From Eledone cirrhosa (taxonomy: Eukaryota): a stretch of DNA of 64,000 bases. Made by a program: the position numbers and the translations under genes. Positions within the stretch are counted from its first letter, which is position 1. Each line of letters starts with the position of its first letter. Below, one piece after another: positions 1 through 13,237 of this stretch. The notes under the pieces are model-generated. The model saw only the letters and a program-made list of their open reading frames with translations. It searched no databases and was not told the DNA's origin. The stretch covers positions 87,482,001 through 87,546,000 of the forward strand of contig OZ024741.1 of NCBI GenBank assembly GCA_964016885.1, in the 5' to 3' direction.

Positions 1-219
<219 letters not shown>

Positions 220-532
220 ACAGAGAAAGAGACGATTATTAGGAAAAAAAATATTTTTCTTTTCTTTTTTGTTTCTCTCTCTCTTTTTTCTGTGTTAGGA
301 AATGATTAAATGAAATGTTTTACTTTGTGTGAAGTGTTAAGGTATTAGTTGATTTATTTATTATTTAACAATGGCATTTATTTATCTATTTATATATTTA
401 ATAATTGTCTATTACCAGTTTCAACATTTTTATGCATTATCAAATGATAGTGAAATGTATTAGTGTGGTGTCACATATGTTAAAGAGAAGGTGCAGAAAG
501 AATAATGTTATTTACAAACAAGGTTTATGAAG

Positions 533-822
533 TGAAAAGAAAAAAGAAAAAAGAAAAAAGAAAAAAGAAAAAAGAAAAAAGAAAAAGAAAAAAGAAAAAA
601 GAAAAAAGAAAAAAGAAAAAAGAAAAAGAAAAAGAAAAAAGAAAAAAGAAAAAAGAAAAAAGAAAAAAAAAGAAAAAAAAAGAAAAAAAAAGAAGAAAAA
701 AAAGAAAAAAGAAAAAAGAAAAAAAGAAAAAAGAAAAAAGAAAAAAGAAAAAAGAAAAAGAAAAAAGAAAAAAGAAAAAAGAAAGAAGAAAAAAAAATAA
801 AGAAAAAAAAAAAAAAAAGAAA
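533..822 (+). repeat. (GAAAAA)n-like purine simple repeat
   Basis: Directly visible; explains the K/E/R-rich and F/S-rich ORFs 505-837 and 525-905. Confidence 0.95.
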
Positions 823-1158
823 ACGGGCATAATGTAGAGCATAAAAATCAATGTGGAAGAAAAAAATTTATTTACAGGCATAGTTCTTGAAGTTAAGCAG
901 ATCAAAATGTGTTAATATAGCAAGGGTGCTTAGTTGATCCATGAATCCATTATGGAGGCAAATGGTGGACTGAGGTTTGATATGATTTCCCTTTTTAGAG
1001 AGTTAATATGCAGGAGGAAGCAATTCTTGGTGGATGATATTTAATTTATTTAAGAAAAAGGATTAGGTAGGATGTGAGGGAGGTAACTCTTGTAAATGTT
1101 TGATTGTCTTTTCATATATAACCTAAAACTTCTTGTTCACTATTAATTAATTAGTTCG

Positions 1159-1252
1159 TGGTTGACTTTGCCTTTCATCCTTACGGGGTCGAGAAAATAA
1201 AGTACCAGTAATGCACTGGGTAATTTCTGGCCTTGTGCCTAACGTAGAAACA
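1159..1252 (+). mobile_element. 5'-truncated tRNA-derived SINE with 17-bp target-site duplication
   Basis: Matches the 3' part of the SINE at 9104-9281 (gttgactttgcctttcatcc...ccttgtgcctaa.gtagaaac). TSD attaattaattagttcg at 1142-1158 and 1253-1269. Confidence 0.9.
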
Positions 1253-1498
1253 ATTAATTAATTAGTTCGGGTAGTAGTAATTGGTAGACTTATACAATAG
1301 TAGTTACACATACACATCTACATGTGCGTGTATGCACACACATAATATATACTTGGTTATATTATAGTATGTGCATGTGTGTATGGATCTGTGTGTGTGG
1401 GTGTGAATGTGATTATGTAAGTAGAGTTTGGGGGAGCTACAAACTTCGATTTCTTTTTCCTAAATAATTGCTATAGTATGAGTTCCGATTCTGGGGTA

Positions 1499-1943
<445 letters not shown>

Positions 1944-2233
1944 TATATAGGTGTATATAGGTGTGTATAGGTGTGTGTGCATTTATATAGATATGTGTGT
2001 GTGTAGATGTATGAATTTCTCTGGATGAACTTAGTATCTATTGCAAACAGAAACATTGCTCATGATTATAATACTTTTTTAACGTATGAGTGCCAATGTG
2101 AAATACTTGTCATGATACGTATGTTAAGGACTATTTCCTATTATGACAGTGCGTTATTAAAATGTAAACAAAACGTTTTCTGGTATGCTTTGTTGTTAGA
2201 CGAGATCAATCTGTTGAGGTATCTATATCTTAT

Positions 2234-2277
2234 TTAATTCCGACGAGTCCTATTAGGATGAAACATATTTAAATTAA
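2234..2277 (+). ncRNA. Type I minimal hammerhead motif, CCGACGA core, probably decayed
   Basis: ttaatt-CCGACGA-gtcct att aggat-GAAA-catatt-TA-aattaa. Stem I 6 bp, stem II 5 bp; the stem III closing pair is mismatched. Confidence 0.6.
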
Positions 2278-2356
2278 CTGATGATATCATTAACAGTGTT
2301 TGGTAATATGTTTTAATGTATGTTGGTTTGAGTCATAAATAATTTCCATTTTGTAA

Positions 2357-2445
2357 AAGCAAGATGTAACTCCACATTTCAAACTTCCAATATTTTAAAA
2401 GCAATCAGAAATTATCTGATTAGAGAGAATCTTCATCAGTTATTC
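2357..2445 (-). ncRNA. Possible type I hammerhead with long stem II
   Basis: Minus strand: gaataa-CTGATGA-agattct...ggaagttt-GAAA-tgtg gagt taca-TC-ttgctt. Stems are imperfect and G-U rich. Confidence 0.45.
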
Positions 2446-3420
2446 TTATTTCATTAGTGAAAGACTGCGCATCATAATTTAATCTATTATTTCCCGCTCC
2501 TATAAAACTCATATCACGTTAATTTGGGGGAAATATATTCTAAGTATATATCTTAATCGTACATGTATTTACGATTATTAGTTGTTTAAAATTCGTTTAT
2601 AATATAATATTTTTCTGTTATAAGTAGATAAATAAATAAATAAATAAATAAATAGATGAGTATACCATGTTATAGATAATTCTACCAGAATTAAATAAAT
2701 TCGTTCTTACATTTAAGTATGAAAAAAATTTCCTCAACACGAAATTTGCAGAATCTAGATAAAGCTGTGTTTTGGCACGCGGGTGCTTATGAAACTGTTT
2801 CCCAAGCTAATGAATAGTCCAGATTCTTTTCATACTTAAATGTAAGAACTCTATTAATATAAGAACGAATTTATTTAATTCTTGTAGTCATCGCCTGAAT
2901 TCAACATTCAGAACTATATATAAATTATAATTATACTTATAATAATTCTACTTATTTCCATAACAATCTTATCCACTTGGTTTTAATATATTGATATCTC
3001 TAAATCATAATATCTATAACATTTGCTATAATTCCACTTCTATATGTTTCATAAAATATATACGTATATAATTCTAATTTTTTTTAAATTTTAATTGTAA
3101 TTTTAATTTTAATAATTTTTAATTCTTTATTTTTATTTCTTTAATTTTTATTTCTTTAAAATTTACTTATCTCTTATAAATTATATATTTTTTTTAATTT
3201 TCTCAAATTTTTAATATTTTTTCAATATTTTTTAATAGATTTATAACCACTAACTGATTCTGGCTAAATGTATCTTTCAACATCTATACTTATTTTGACT
3301 AAATAGTCTCACACTAACGAATAAATAAATTAAACTGGAGTTTTTCCGTATCTTCCCATTTTAAAACATATAAATATCGATGATATTAATAAATAGAAAC
3401 TGTATTTATAAAACCATATT

Positions 3421-3481
3421 TATTCTATTATATATATTTCAAGGGTACCAAAACTTTGGTACGCGCTCATCAGATAAAATA
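3421..3481 (-). ncRNA. Type I minimal hammerhead (same family as 24761 and 44670)
   Basis: Minus strand: tattttat-CTGATGA-gcgcgtaccaaag ttttggtaccctt-GAAA-tatata-TA-atagaata. Confidence 0.75.
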
Positions 3482-3588
3482 CAAAGTTTGTTTATAAATA
3501 TTGACATATCCAGGAACGAGATCTTAACGGTTCAAGTTTTTCCTGGATATATATTTGTTGAATTACCAACAAATTAAATATCCCTTTG

Positions 3589-3635
<47 letters not shown>

Positions 3636-4535
3636 GTAAATAGTTAGAATAATTACGCACTCAGAATACCTAGTTAGTAAATGATTACACACTCAGGCAA
3701 GACCTATTACGCGCATTTACCTTTACTTTAAGATACCCTAACCATTGAGTTCTCTCGGTTGGGATATAGCTAGACGTATTGCACACTCAGTTAAGACCGA
3801 TTACGCTCTCTATACATAACTCTACACACAGTTCCCGTTTTCTTTAGACATTGAGTTCGCACAGTTACGACTGGTCACGTTCCTACCGATTGAACATTAC
3901 ACTAGGTTTTGATCCGTGATCATCTAACCATGGAGTGCTCACAGTTACGGATTGAACAATAATACTTACACACCATTAATGGGCCTACACACATCCTCTG
4001 GGTTTTGCTATCCTTTGTTATTTTACTTTACATTTTGTGTTGGATAACACACCTCCACGACTCAAACACCTATCTTAAAAGCCCAAGGGCCCATATGACG
4101 GGAAATCGCACTTACTGACACCTTAACCCAAACACCCAACCCTACATGGAGCTCCTTGCTGGCCTACATAGCGGTTGCTTGCACGCACAGATTTAGGGAC
4201 TCGGATTCTCAATGGGACAGCGGTACATACTGAGTTCGATATGCTGATTGCTTGCTCTTCACATGGATGTGTATATACCTAGACATACACTTTTTTGGAC
4301 GATACGGATGTGTATATACCATAAAATACACTATTTGGAGATACGGATGTTACAATTCAATCTATACACGTATAGCAGAACACTAAACTGAACTTACTTG
4401 CTTGTGTATGGTGCTGTGGTTGACCCAATATTTCCAATTTACATCGTCAAATTCAGATTTAACCAATGTAGTATTTGTTGTTTTGTAAACTAACTTTCGG
4501 TGAATACTATGTTGGTATATTCTTATATTTATTAT

Positions 4536-4731
4536 TTTTTCTTTGACATCGCTTCGGTGTGTGTGAGAGTGTGTGTGTACCCACTCACACTAATTGTGAC
4601 CGTCTATAGTTCTACAGATTTGATACTGTGTTGATATGTGTATATATATATTTTTTTCTTTGACCTCGAGTCGGTGTGTGTGTGTACCCACTCACATTAA
4701 CTGTGACCGACTGTATTTCTACAGATTTGAT
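4536..4731 (+). repeat. Two-copy tandem duplication of a ~85-bp unit
   Basis: ttttttctttgac...cggtgtgtg...tacccactcac...tgtgaccg...tctacagatttgat occurs at ~4536-4624 and ~4652-4731. Confidence 0.85.
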
Positions 4732-4910
4732 TGATGTCCAGCGTCTTTTGCAGCTATTGGGATATAGAAACTTGATAGTTTTATGACCTTAACTGAAGTT
4801 GATAGCTGTCGCCGTATTTTGACTGCTTGATCTTCATATGAGCGAATAAACTCTGTGAGTGAACACTGCTAATTTTCTCCCTCATATCAAGAATTTGAAG
4901 ACAATTCATT

Positions 4911-4985
4911 TTCACCTGATGAGATCAGTGATAATTGATCATGGCTTCACGATCTATCTATCTCTTATTGAAACATGTGTCGTGA
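4911..4985 (+). ncRNA. Type I hammerhead motif near the 3' end of a non-coding Penelope-like 3' region (~3625-5030)
   Basis: tcac-CTGATGA(4916-4922)-...-GAAAC ATGT GTC(4970-4981)-gtga, followed by attaaa and then (TA)n. Stem II is irregular. Confidence 0.65.
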
Positions 4986-5030
4986 TTAAAATGATTGTAA
5001 ATTTTACCTTGCCTTCGGATTTTCATTTTG

Positions 5031-5062
<32 letters not shown>

Positions 5063-5089
5063 GTATAATGTATAATAAACAATACAATA

Positions 5090-6862
5090 TAATTACCTCA
5101 TTACCAGAGGTTTCCCGAATAAGACGAATACGAAAAACGTCCTCATTCGTTCGTCGGACAAGGCAATTTAAAACAGTGAAATATTTGGAAAATCTCCTCA
5201 AGAAATGCAAAAAATATATAAATAAAAGTAATGCAAGAGATATATAAAAAAATATTTAAAAAATTATATAAAAAAATATAAGGAAATATAGTTAGGGTAT
5301 GTGTATATGTATGTATATACACTCACAAATGTACATATGTGTGTATGTACAAATGCATGTGTATGGTGAAAATGTGTGCGTAAGTACATATATGAGGGCA
5401 AGTATATTTGTGTATATGTGACCACAAATACGTATATAATATGAGTTGAAAGAGAAATTGTATGATAATATAGTTGACACGCATCCAGATACAGGTATTA
5501 AATGCATATACGAGTATGAAAGCACGCGTATAAACACACACACACGCGCGGTCACTTATATGCGGAAGATAAAGAGGGAAGGGAGTGTAATAGTAAAAAG
5601 AAGTGTCATTCTCGATATATGTATAAAAATGAAACAATGTATGAGAATGAACAAATTTTTTATATCAAAGAGAAAGTAATCAATTAACACTAGAGAAAAG
5701 AAAACAAACATAGGTACGCACGTACATACACACATATATATAAAAAATATTTATACACACAAATACGTACAGACAAAAGAGCATGCATGCGTACATACAT
5801 ACACACGAGGCACGTATATATATATATATCGCCCCATGTATATCTAATCACACGTACGTACGCGACTATATATATACACATATACATACACACCCATACA
5901 TACATACATATACAGATATACACATATACATACACATACACATACATTCACCCGTATACACACACACACGTAAAAATAAGAATGTAAAAAACATAGATAT
6001 AAAAAAACAGATATAAAAACACACATACACACACATATATATATACGTACGCACGCACACATACGGAGGCGTTCGTATACATATACAGAACGTATACACA
6101 CATAAGCACACTCAGACACATAGATACAGATTATAAATCAGCTATATGAATAAATGAGTACAAATATAAAATCGACTGCGAAACAACAGAATATATCTGG
6201 AGTGGAAAACGCAAGTGACAAGTGATATCAGGTAGTAAAAGAAAATGGGGAAGTAAAATGTGGAATGTGAAGATATTAGGTAAGTGAATCGAAAAGTAGG
6301 GGGGGGTACTGGTGAATGTGAAGTAAAAATAAAAATAAAATTAAAAATAAAGTTAAAAATGAAAGTAAATCAGAAAGAAAAGTCTGTAAAGAGGATAATT
6401 TAAGGAAAGTGAAGAATAAGAGTTTATGGAGGATAAGTATCTGAAAGTGAGTTAAGTTTATATGAGCTGGAAAGCAAGTGTGATTTCATGTGTGGGCAAC
6501 TGGTGAAAATTTCTGTTTTTGTATTTAGGCAGGTTTTTGGTGATTTAAGGTTCTGTAAAATCCAATATTTTTCACTTATGCAGAGTGTGCATCTTCTTGT
6601 TCCTCTTGCATATTCTTTAGATTGGTTCAAAATTGACCAATCCAATTTATATTGGATACCTTGGTCTTTCAAATCCCATATTCTGCTAGCCAGAGCTGTT
6701 GTGAATCTTTTTTTCTGGATGTCGGAAAGATGCGATATGTGAGTAATAACGCGTTTTGAATTTGTCTTGTGTCATACCCACATATCGTTCGCTGGTGGCT
6801 GGTTGGTTGTTACTGATGGTTGTCACTTTAGCCGCATATCTAACATTACTACCTACACTATA
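5090..6862 (-). mobile_element. 5'-truncated Penelope-like element: GIY-YIG endonuclease remnant, long 3' UTR, terminal hammerhead-like motif
   Basis: ORFs 6686-6877 (NVRYAAKVT...RYVGMTQDKFKTRYYSH) and 6424-6672 (LDWSIL...RRCTLCISEKYWIL...LNTKTEIFTSCPH) give the PLE GIY-YIG with a C-terminal CxLCxxEK...LN motif, frameshifted. (TA)-rich repeats lie at both ends. Confidence 0.85.
5094..5161 (-). ncRNA. Hammerhead-like motif with CCGACGA core; stems II and III intact, stem I not evident
   Basis: Minus strand: CCGACGA-a cgaatgaggacg...cgtcttattcg g-GAAA-cctc tggtaat gagg-TA. Confidence 0.55.
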
Positions 6863-6869
6863 TATATAT

Positions 6870-6928
<59 letters not shown>

Positions 6929-6933
<5 letters not shown>

Positions 6934-8160
6934 TAAAATAACAGATTAATGTTTAAGCAAAGAATCGCTGCTTTCACCCTTAACGGGATCTTCTGAAACT
7001 AAAAAAGTCAATCTATGAACGCAGAAGTAAATATTTCAAAAAACGTTGCAACCGAGGGAAGACAGGAAGGCGATACTTTGGTTCGTGGAAACGTTCCCTG
7101 GCAAAGAACGGAAAAAAACGAAGATAATACGTCATTATGAGGTGCGTGAGAACAATTACACGCAAAGTCAAAACCACGTAAATGGTATAACTGAAGTCGT
7201 AGACTAAAATTCTATTTAGGAAACCGAATGTGTCTCGGCTTCAGAGTTAAGAATAAATACAGAGGTAACCAAATACGTACAAACACAAGCATACGTGAAA
7301 ACACTCGCCATGGATATGCAAATACAAGCACGTACACACAAAAACACGCACCCACATACAGAACCCACGCAACGCCATTACCCGCACACATACGAACGTA
7401 TACACCAAATACACATAAAAAATATATAAAAAAAATATATATACATATATGTGTGTGTGTGCGTGTATACATAATTAAATAAATGTATATAAATATACAC
7501 ACGTAAATACGTATATAACGCGCGCACACACCTACATGTAAATACACATAAGTTCGCAGACGTACGTCAACCAAAACACAAAGTACACATATACACACAC
7601 CCACATAGGTACGAACCCGCATACTCACACAGACGCAAAACTCACGTATACACATAACCAAATGCACATGTACCATTATATATAATATATACGCCATAAC
7701 ATATACAAGCAAATATATATACGAGAAATTATATGTACCTTCACAAAACATACAGGTAAAATATACTTACCTATACAAATAAGTAATGGTATAAACATAA
7801 CATATACTTAGCTACCACATCAAGACGTAAAATATCCGCGTATAGATCGTACTATCCGTTAGGGTATAATGTGGGGCTGTAATACAGCAGAGGTCACATG
7901 GTCTTTTATTTCCGTTATACGATCTAGCCTTAGCTAGGTTCTCCCAGTGTAACTTATATTGGGTGTGGTTGTCTTTTAGACTCCAGATATAAGCTGAACG
8001 TGACGTCATATTCCTTCTTAAAGGGTTAAGAAGAGAATGGGTGTGCATGTAAAGACGCTGCTTGAATCTATTGGCCGTTAATCCTATGTAGGCCCTACGG
8101 GACGTGGGTGTCTCAACCTTACATTTGTAGACAAGGGTAATATTAATATTATCCAATTAC
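6929..8160 (-). mobile_element. 5'-truncated Penelope-like element: GIY-YIG remnant, 3' UTR, hammerhead-bearing terminus
   Basis: ORF 7812-8156 reads LVYKCKV...AYIGLTANRFKQRLYMH...YKLHWENL...CDLC. The terminal ~280 bp are homologous to 23521-23950. Confidence 0.85.
6951..6999 (-). ncRNA. Type I hammerhead variant with CAGAAGA core (U4A)
   Basis: Minus strand: gttt-CAGAAGA-tccc gttaa gggt-GAAA-gca gcgattctt tgc-TT-aaac. The same core occurs at 11937-11981 and 23541-23589. Confidence 0.65.
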
Positions 8161-8207
8161 CAGTATTAGAATAGCTCGATGTAAAATAAATATAATAGAG
8201 AGCCAGA

Positions 8208-8268
8208 ATACTTTATAAATAACAATCAAAGAGTGTTTAAAAACACTTGATTGTTATTTATAAAGTAT
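8208..8268. repeat. Hairpin with perfect 22-bp arms next to (TA)n
   Basis: atactttataaataacaatcaa (8208-8229) pairs with ttgattgttatttataaagtat (8247-8268). Confidence 0.9.
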
Positions 8269-8409
8269 ATATATATATATATATAATAGAAAATGAGGGT
8301 TTTTTTACAAAATGAAAAAAACGAGATGTCCTATACCAGTGAAAGTATAAGGAAAAAAGATGAAATCGAAAATGCAACTGGAATCTTTTTAAAAATATTT
8401 ATTTGGTTC

Positions 8410-8445
8410 CTTTACCGGTTTCGCAGTTCTTGTGCTTTTCAAAAG
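8410..8445 (-). ncRNA. Minimal type I hammerhead with UUGAAAA core (U3-A8) and palindromic ACCGGT stem III
   Basis: Minus strand: ctt-TTGAAAA-gca caagaac tgc-GAAA-ccgg-TA-aag. Confidence 0.7.
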
Positions 8446-9103
8446 TAGAATTGAGATGGAGGGTTTGTAGTTTTTCTCGCATCAGATCTGACATTGTTAT
8501 ATACTAGCAGCTAGGTTTGAAGCTATGGAAAGAAATCGCAATCTAGCCAAGTCCACTTCTTTATCTAGCTACATACACTCTATGAAAGCTAGGAATAGAC
8601 CATATACACTTCAATGGAAAGTAATAGATAGGGCCGCATCGTATAAACTACAGAATAAATTATGTAACCTCTGTCTTCTAGAGACCCGCACTATAATCTA
8701 TTCTAAACTAGACCTCCTAAATAGAAAATCAGAGATTTTTTCATATGCCAGCACTATCACCGACACTCTTTCTATAGCTTTAAACCTAGCTGCTAGTATA
8801 TAACAATGTCAGATCTGAATTCCTCACCACCATTAACACTTCACCTCTAGGTCTTATCAGCATATAATTAGCCCCACAGCATCACACTCTATGATCAGCT
8901 CATCCCTCTACCTAACTCCTATTTATCTCAAACCTTATACATTACAATAACTATTAGGAATAAACATAATGTTAACACCATTTAATATAACCACTATAGT
9001 TTGCTTATATTATATTCAGTAATGGATAGATAATAATATGATGAGACACTTAATGTGTTATAGGAAAATAAATTATATTCATAATTAAATATATAAATTA
9101 ATA

Positions 9104-9281
9104 GCATTATCGGTAGAGGGTCGGACGCCATGCTTTCCAGCATAGTTACGTCCCTTTACGATCTGAGTTCAAATCCCGCCGAGGTTGACTTTGCCTTTCA
9201 TCCTTACGGGGTCGATAAAAATAAAGTACCAGTAATGCACTGGGTAATTGCTGGCCTGGTGCCTAAAGTAGAAACAATTAT
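9104..9281 (+). mobile_element. Near full-length tRNA-derived SINE
   Basis: B-box-like gagttcaaatccc, body gttgactttgcctttcatcc, tail gcctaaagtagaaacaattat. Other copies at 1159, 36529, 40506, 46750, 50071 and 58675. Confidence 0.9.
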
Positions 9282-10350
9282 ATATAAGGGATTCACTTAT
9301 AACATAATATAATGTATATTAATAACACAATAGATTTAACTAATTGGACCTGTAAACAACTATACATTTTTTCTATAGCTTACTTATACTTTATTCAGTA
9401 ATGGATAGATAACAATAAAATGAGACCTTTACTGTATTATAGGGAAATAGATTGTATTTAAAATTAAATATAAACAAATAGCATTATATAAAAGGGATTC
9501 ACTTGTAACACAATATAATGTATTTTAGCACAAAGAATTTAACTAATTGGAGCCGTAAACAACTATACATTTTTTCCATTTTTTCTGCTTTCTTCTATCA
9601 TATACAATTTAATCGCTAATTACCTCCCCTTTCGCATTAGCTCCCCTTAATATAGATCTCAAACTCACTTCCAGAAATTAAACCGTTAGAAGAATCAACT
9701 CGAACCCTGGATAACAATATAATAGGACCAATATACAATCCATAGCTGTAACTAATTAAAAACCATTCACTAAAATAAAATATAACCAATGTAATGGAAA
9801 AGATAGCAATAACACTGATACTCTCAACATTTGAACATTACAGAAACAATCATCACACTACATCCACCATAAATTCATAATTTTAATACACAAACATATT
9901 TGCCCGCTTGATATGCTTGTAAACCTCTGTTATTTTATGTGATACCTTGCAGTAATTATATATGCCTAGTACCATTGCTTTATGTGATACCATGCAGTAA
10001 TTATATATGCCTAGTATAATTGCTTGTTTCCTTCCTGTATATGCGTAACGCATTTTCACTCTATACGCTTGCATATGTACCGCTAGTGTCCTCGTTTTAC
10101 GAGTAACTTTCTACCTTAATGCCTCTTTAATTATTATACTATTCCCTTGTAATCTCTGTCTCATGCATTCCACTCTGTGCCTTTTTAATTTTTAATTTTT
10201 AATTTTAATTATTGTACAATTCTCTTGTAATCTATGTCGCATCCACTCCACTCTGTAAATACGAAACTGTCATTGACAACATTAATAACCATGTATCCAT
10301 ATGATTGTTCAGTTGAATAGGAGGTTAATTATATGTACACACATTGCTAG

Positions 10351-10397
10351 TGCTCCGATGATTCCAAACGAAAGTTTGGAAGAAACGATTGTGAGCA
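10351..10397 (+). ncRNA. Type I hammerhead motif with CCGAUGA core and GUG triplet (likely inactive copy)
   Basis: tgct-CCGATGA-ttccaaac GAAA gtttggaa-GAAA-cgattg-TG-agca, followed by AATAAA. Stem II is a perfect 8 bp with a GNRA loop. Confidence 0.7.
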
Positions 10398-10564
10398 ATA
10401 AAATGATTTGAACAAAGCTTTGATCATTGTGTAATTTATATTCCTGCTCTGTAAAACATCTAATGTATTTACATTGAGCTATTTTTCTTACTGGTAATAA
10501 GGTAGTAAGGAATTACTGACCTTTCCTGTTTATAGTTGTATATAGTGTATACATAACAATAAAT

Positions 10565-10620
<56 letters not shown>

Positions 10621-10623
<3 letters not shown>

Positions 10624-10923
10624 TTTCCTACACACACACATACACACACACACAATATATATATATATATATATTCTCTTCATCTTAACATGCTAACCAT
10701 ACTCCCACACACATAACACCCATACACACACATAACAACCCCCACACCTACAACTCCCTCCCCATTTCTACTAATAGAACCACTTTCCTACACACATATA
10801 TATATACACACACACAAAATATATATTCTCTCCATCTTAACATACTCGCACACACACACATAACACCCATATACACACACACACAACTCCCTCCTCCATC
10901 TCTACTAATAGAATCATCTTCCA

Positions 10924-10971
<48 letters not shown>

Positions 10972-10990
10972 ACACACAAGCACACAAATA
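10621..10990 (+). repeat. Low-complexity minisatellite, about 2 copies of ~160 bp
   Basis: cactttcctacacac...atattctc...catcttaacat...taacaccc...caactccctcc...tctactaatagaa is repeated. Confidence 0.75.
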
Positions 10991-11244
10991 AACATACATA
11001 TCTTCAGTCTCAATAGAAAATCTGAACTCTGACACCCCGGCGAGCTGGCCATATTCACTGAACCAGAACATTTCTCCCAATCCCTTTTCTCTTGACCACT
11101 ATCTCTCCATTGGAACCAAATAAATATATATATTTAAAAAAAAAATAAGACTTCAGTTGCATTTTCGATTTCATCTCTTTTTCTTTATACTTTCACTCGT
11201 GTAGGACACCTCGGTTATTTTTCATTTTGTAAAAAAAACCTCAC

Positions 11245-12169
<925 letters not shown>

Positions 12170-12384
12170 TATATTTTGAGAATAAACTCTCAGTCATTTA
12201 CAATAATTAAGCTCCAGGAAGGGTCTCTTCCGAGCAGTTAATACATTTAAAGTGTACGATAAACATAATATTGTCTTTATTGACTTATATCGAGACAGAC
12301 AAATTGTATTCACTTTTATTAGTTTATTTCATTAATAGCTAACTTTGTCTGTTGCAATGTAAACACATTTCGTGTTTATCGTAC

Positions 12385-12512
<128 letters not shown>

Positions 12513-12555
12513 TATGTATGTATGTATGTATGTATGTATGTACGTGTGTGTATGT

Positions 12556-13196
12556 CTGTGTGTATTTATAAATGCACATACAGTATATATGTACTTCATA
12601 ATGTAGAGAAAAAATAAAAGAGAAATTGTACCACCGTTTTTTTATAGCTGAAGATTATTATTAATCAAAGTTATATTCACAGCGTGGTTGAGATATTAGC
12701 TTCGAAATTCTGTTGGAGATACATTATAAAATATTGACACAATCAATATATAATGTATTTGGCATTTTGCTTCTTTTCGAAATTTTATGGTATAAGTTTA
12801 ACCTGTTCATGCTACGATGTTATATTATTGCTATTATTCGAAATATGGTACTTTTACATTTTACTTATTGGTCGCAATTCCATGATTTAGTTAAAAGCAA
12901 CTATTGACAGCCAGTCTGTTATTTTAAATACAAATTATATATACAGAACCTAATTACATATATACAACACATTTTCTTAAAAGTCATTTGCTGTTTCTTA
13001 GGAACAACAAAGTTCTTGAATTGATAAGTAAATCTACGTCTCATCAGCAGTAACAATAAACCTACAACACACCTGATGACGTGGCTGTAATAGTCTAGAA
13101 ACGTCTATTTAGGAGCTAAGTTGTTCCAAGCGAGCTACAAAAGAAAATATAAGGAAAAGAAAAATGTTAAGCTCGAATACAGTTATGCCTTCAACA
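12556..13196 (+). repeat. Unclassified ~640-bp interspersed repeat; second copy inverted at 26978-27615
   Basis: Continuous by-eye homology from gtgtatttataaatgcacatacag to gaatacagttatgccttcaaca with the reverse complement of 26978-27615. Confidence 0.9.
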
Positions 13197-13237
13197 AGAC
13201 GAAAAAGACATACCGACACGCACATATGCATGTATAT

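Larger units (their letters stand above)
8482..10568 (+). mobile_element. 5'-truncated Penelope-like element with a short 5' inversion, SINE insertion and terminal hammerhead-like motif
   Basis: ORF 8525-8803 (TSLSSYIHSMK...YTLQWKVIDRA...LCNLCLLETRTII...LLNRKSEIFS) is a GIY-YIG C-terminal half. 8482-8526 is the reverse complement of 8774-8818. The element ends in (TA)n. Confidence 0.75.

Noticed and set aside
505-905. K/E/R-rich and F/S-rich ORFs
   Set aside because: Translations of a (GAAAAA)n simple repeat.
13067-13100. CTGATGA...GAAACGTC hammerhead-like string in the 640-bp repeat
   Set aside because: Stem II is weak and there is no stem I partner after GUC.
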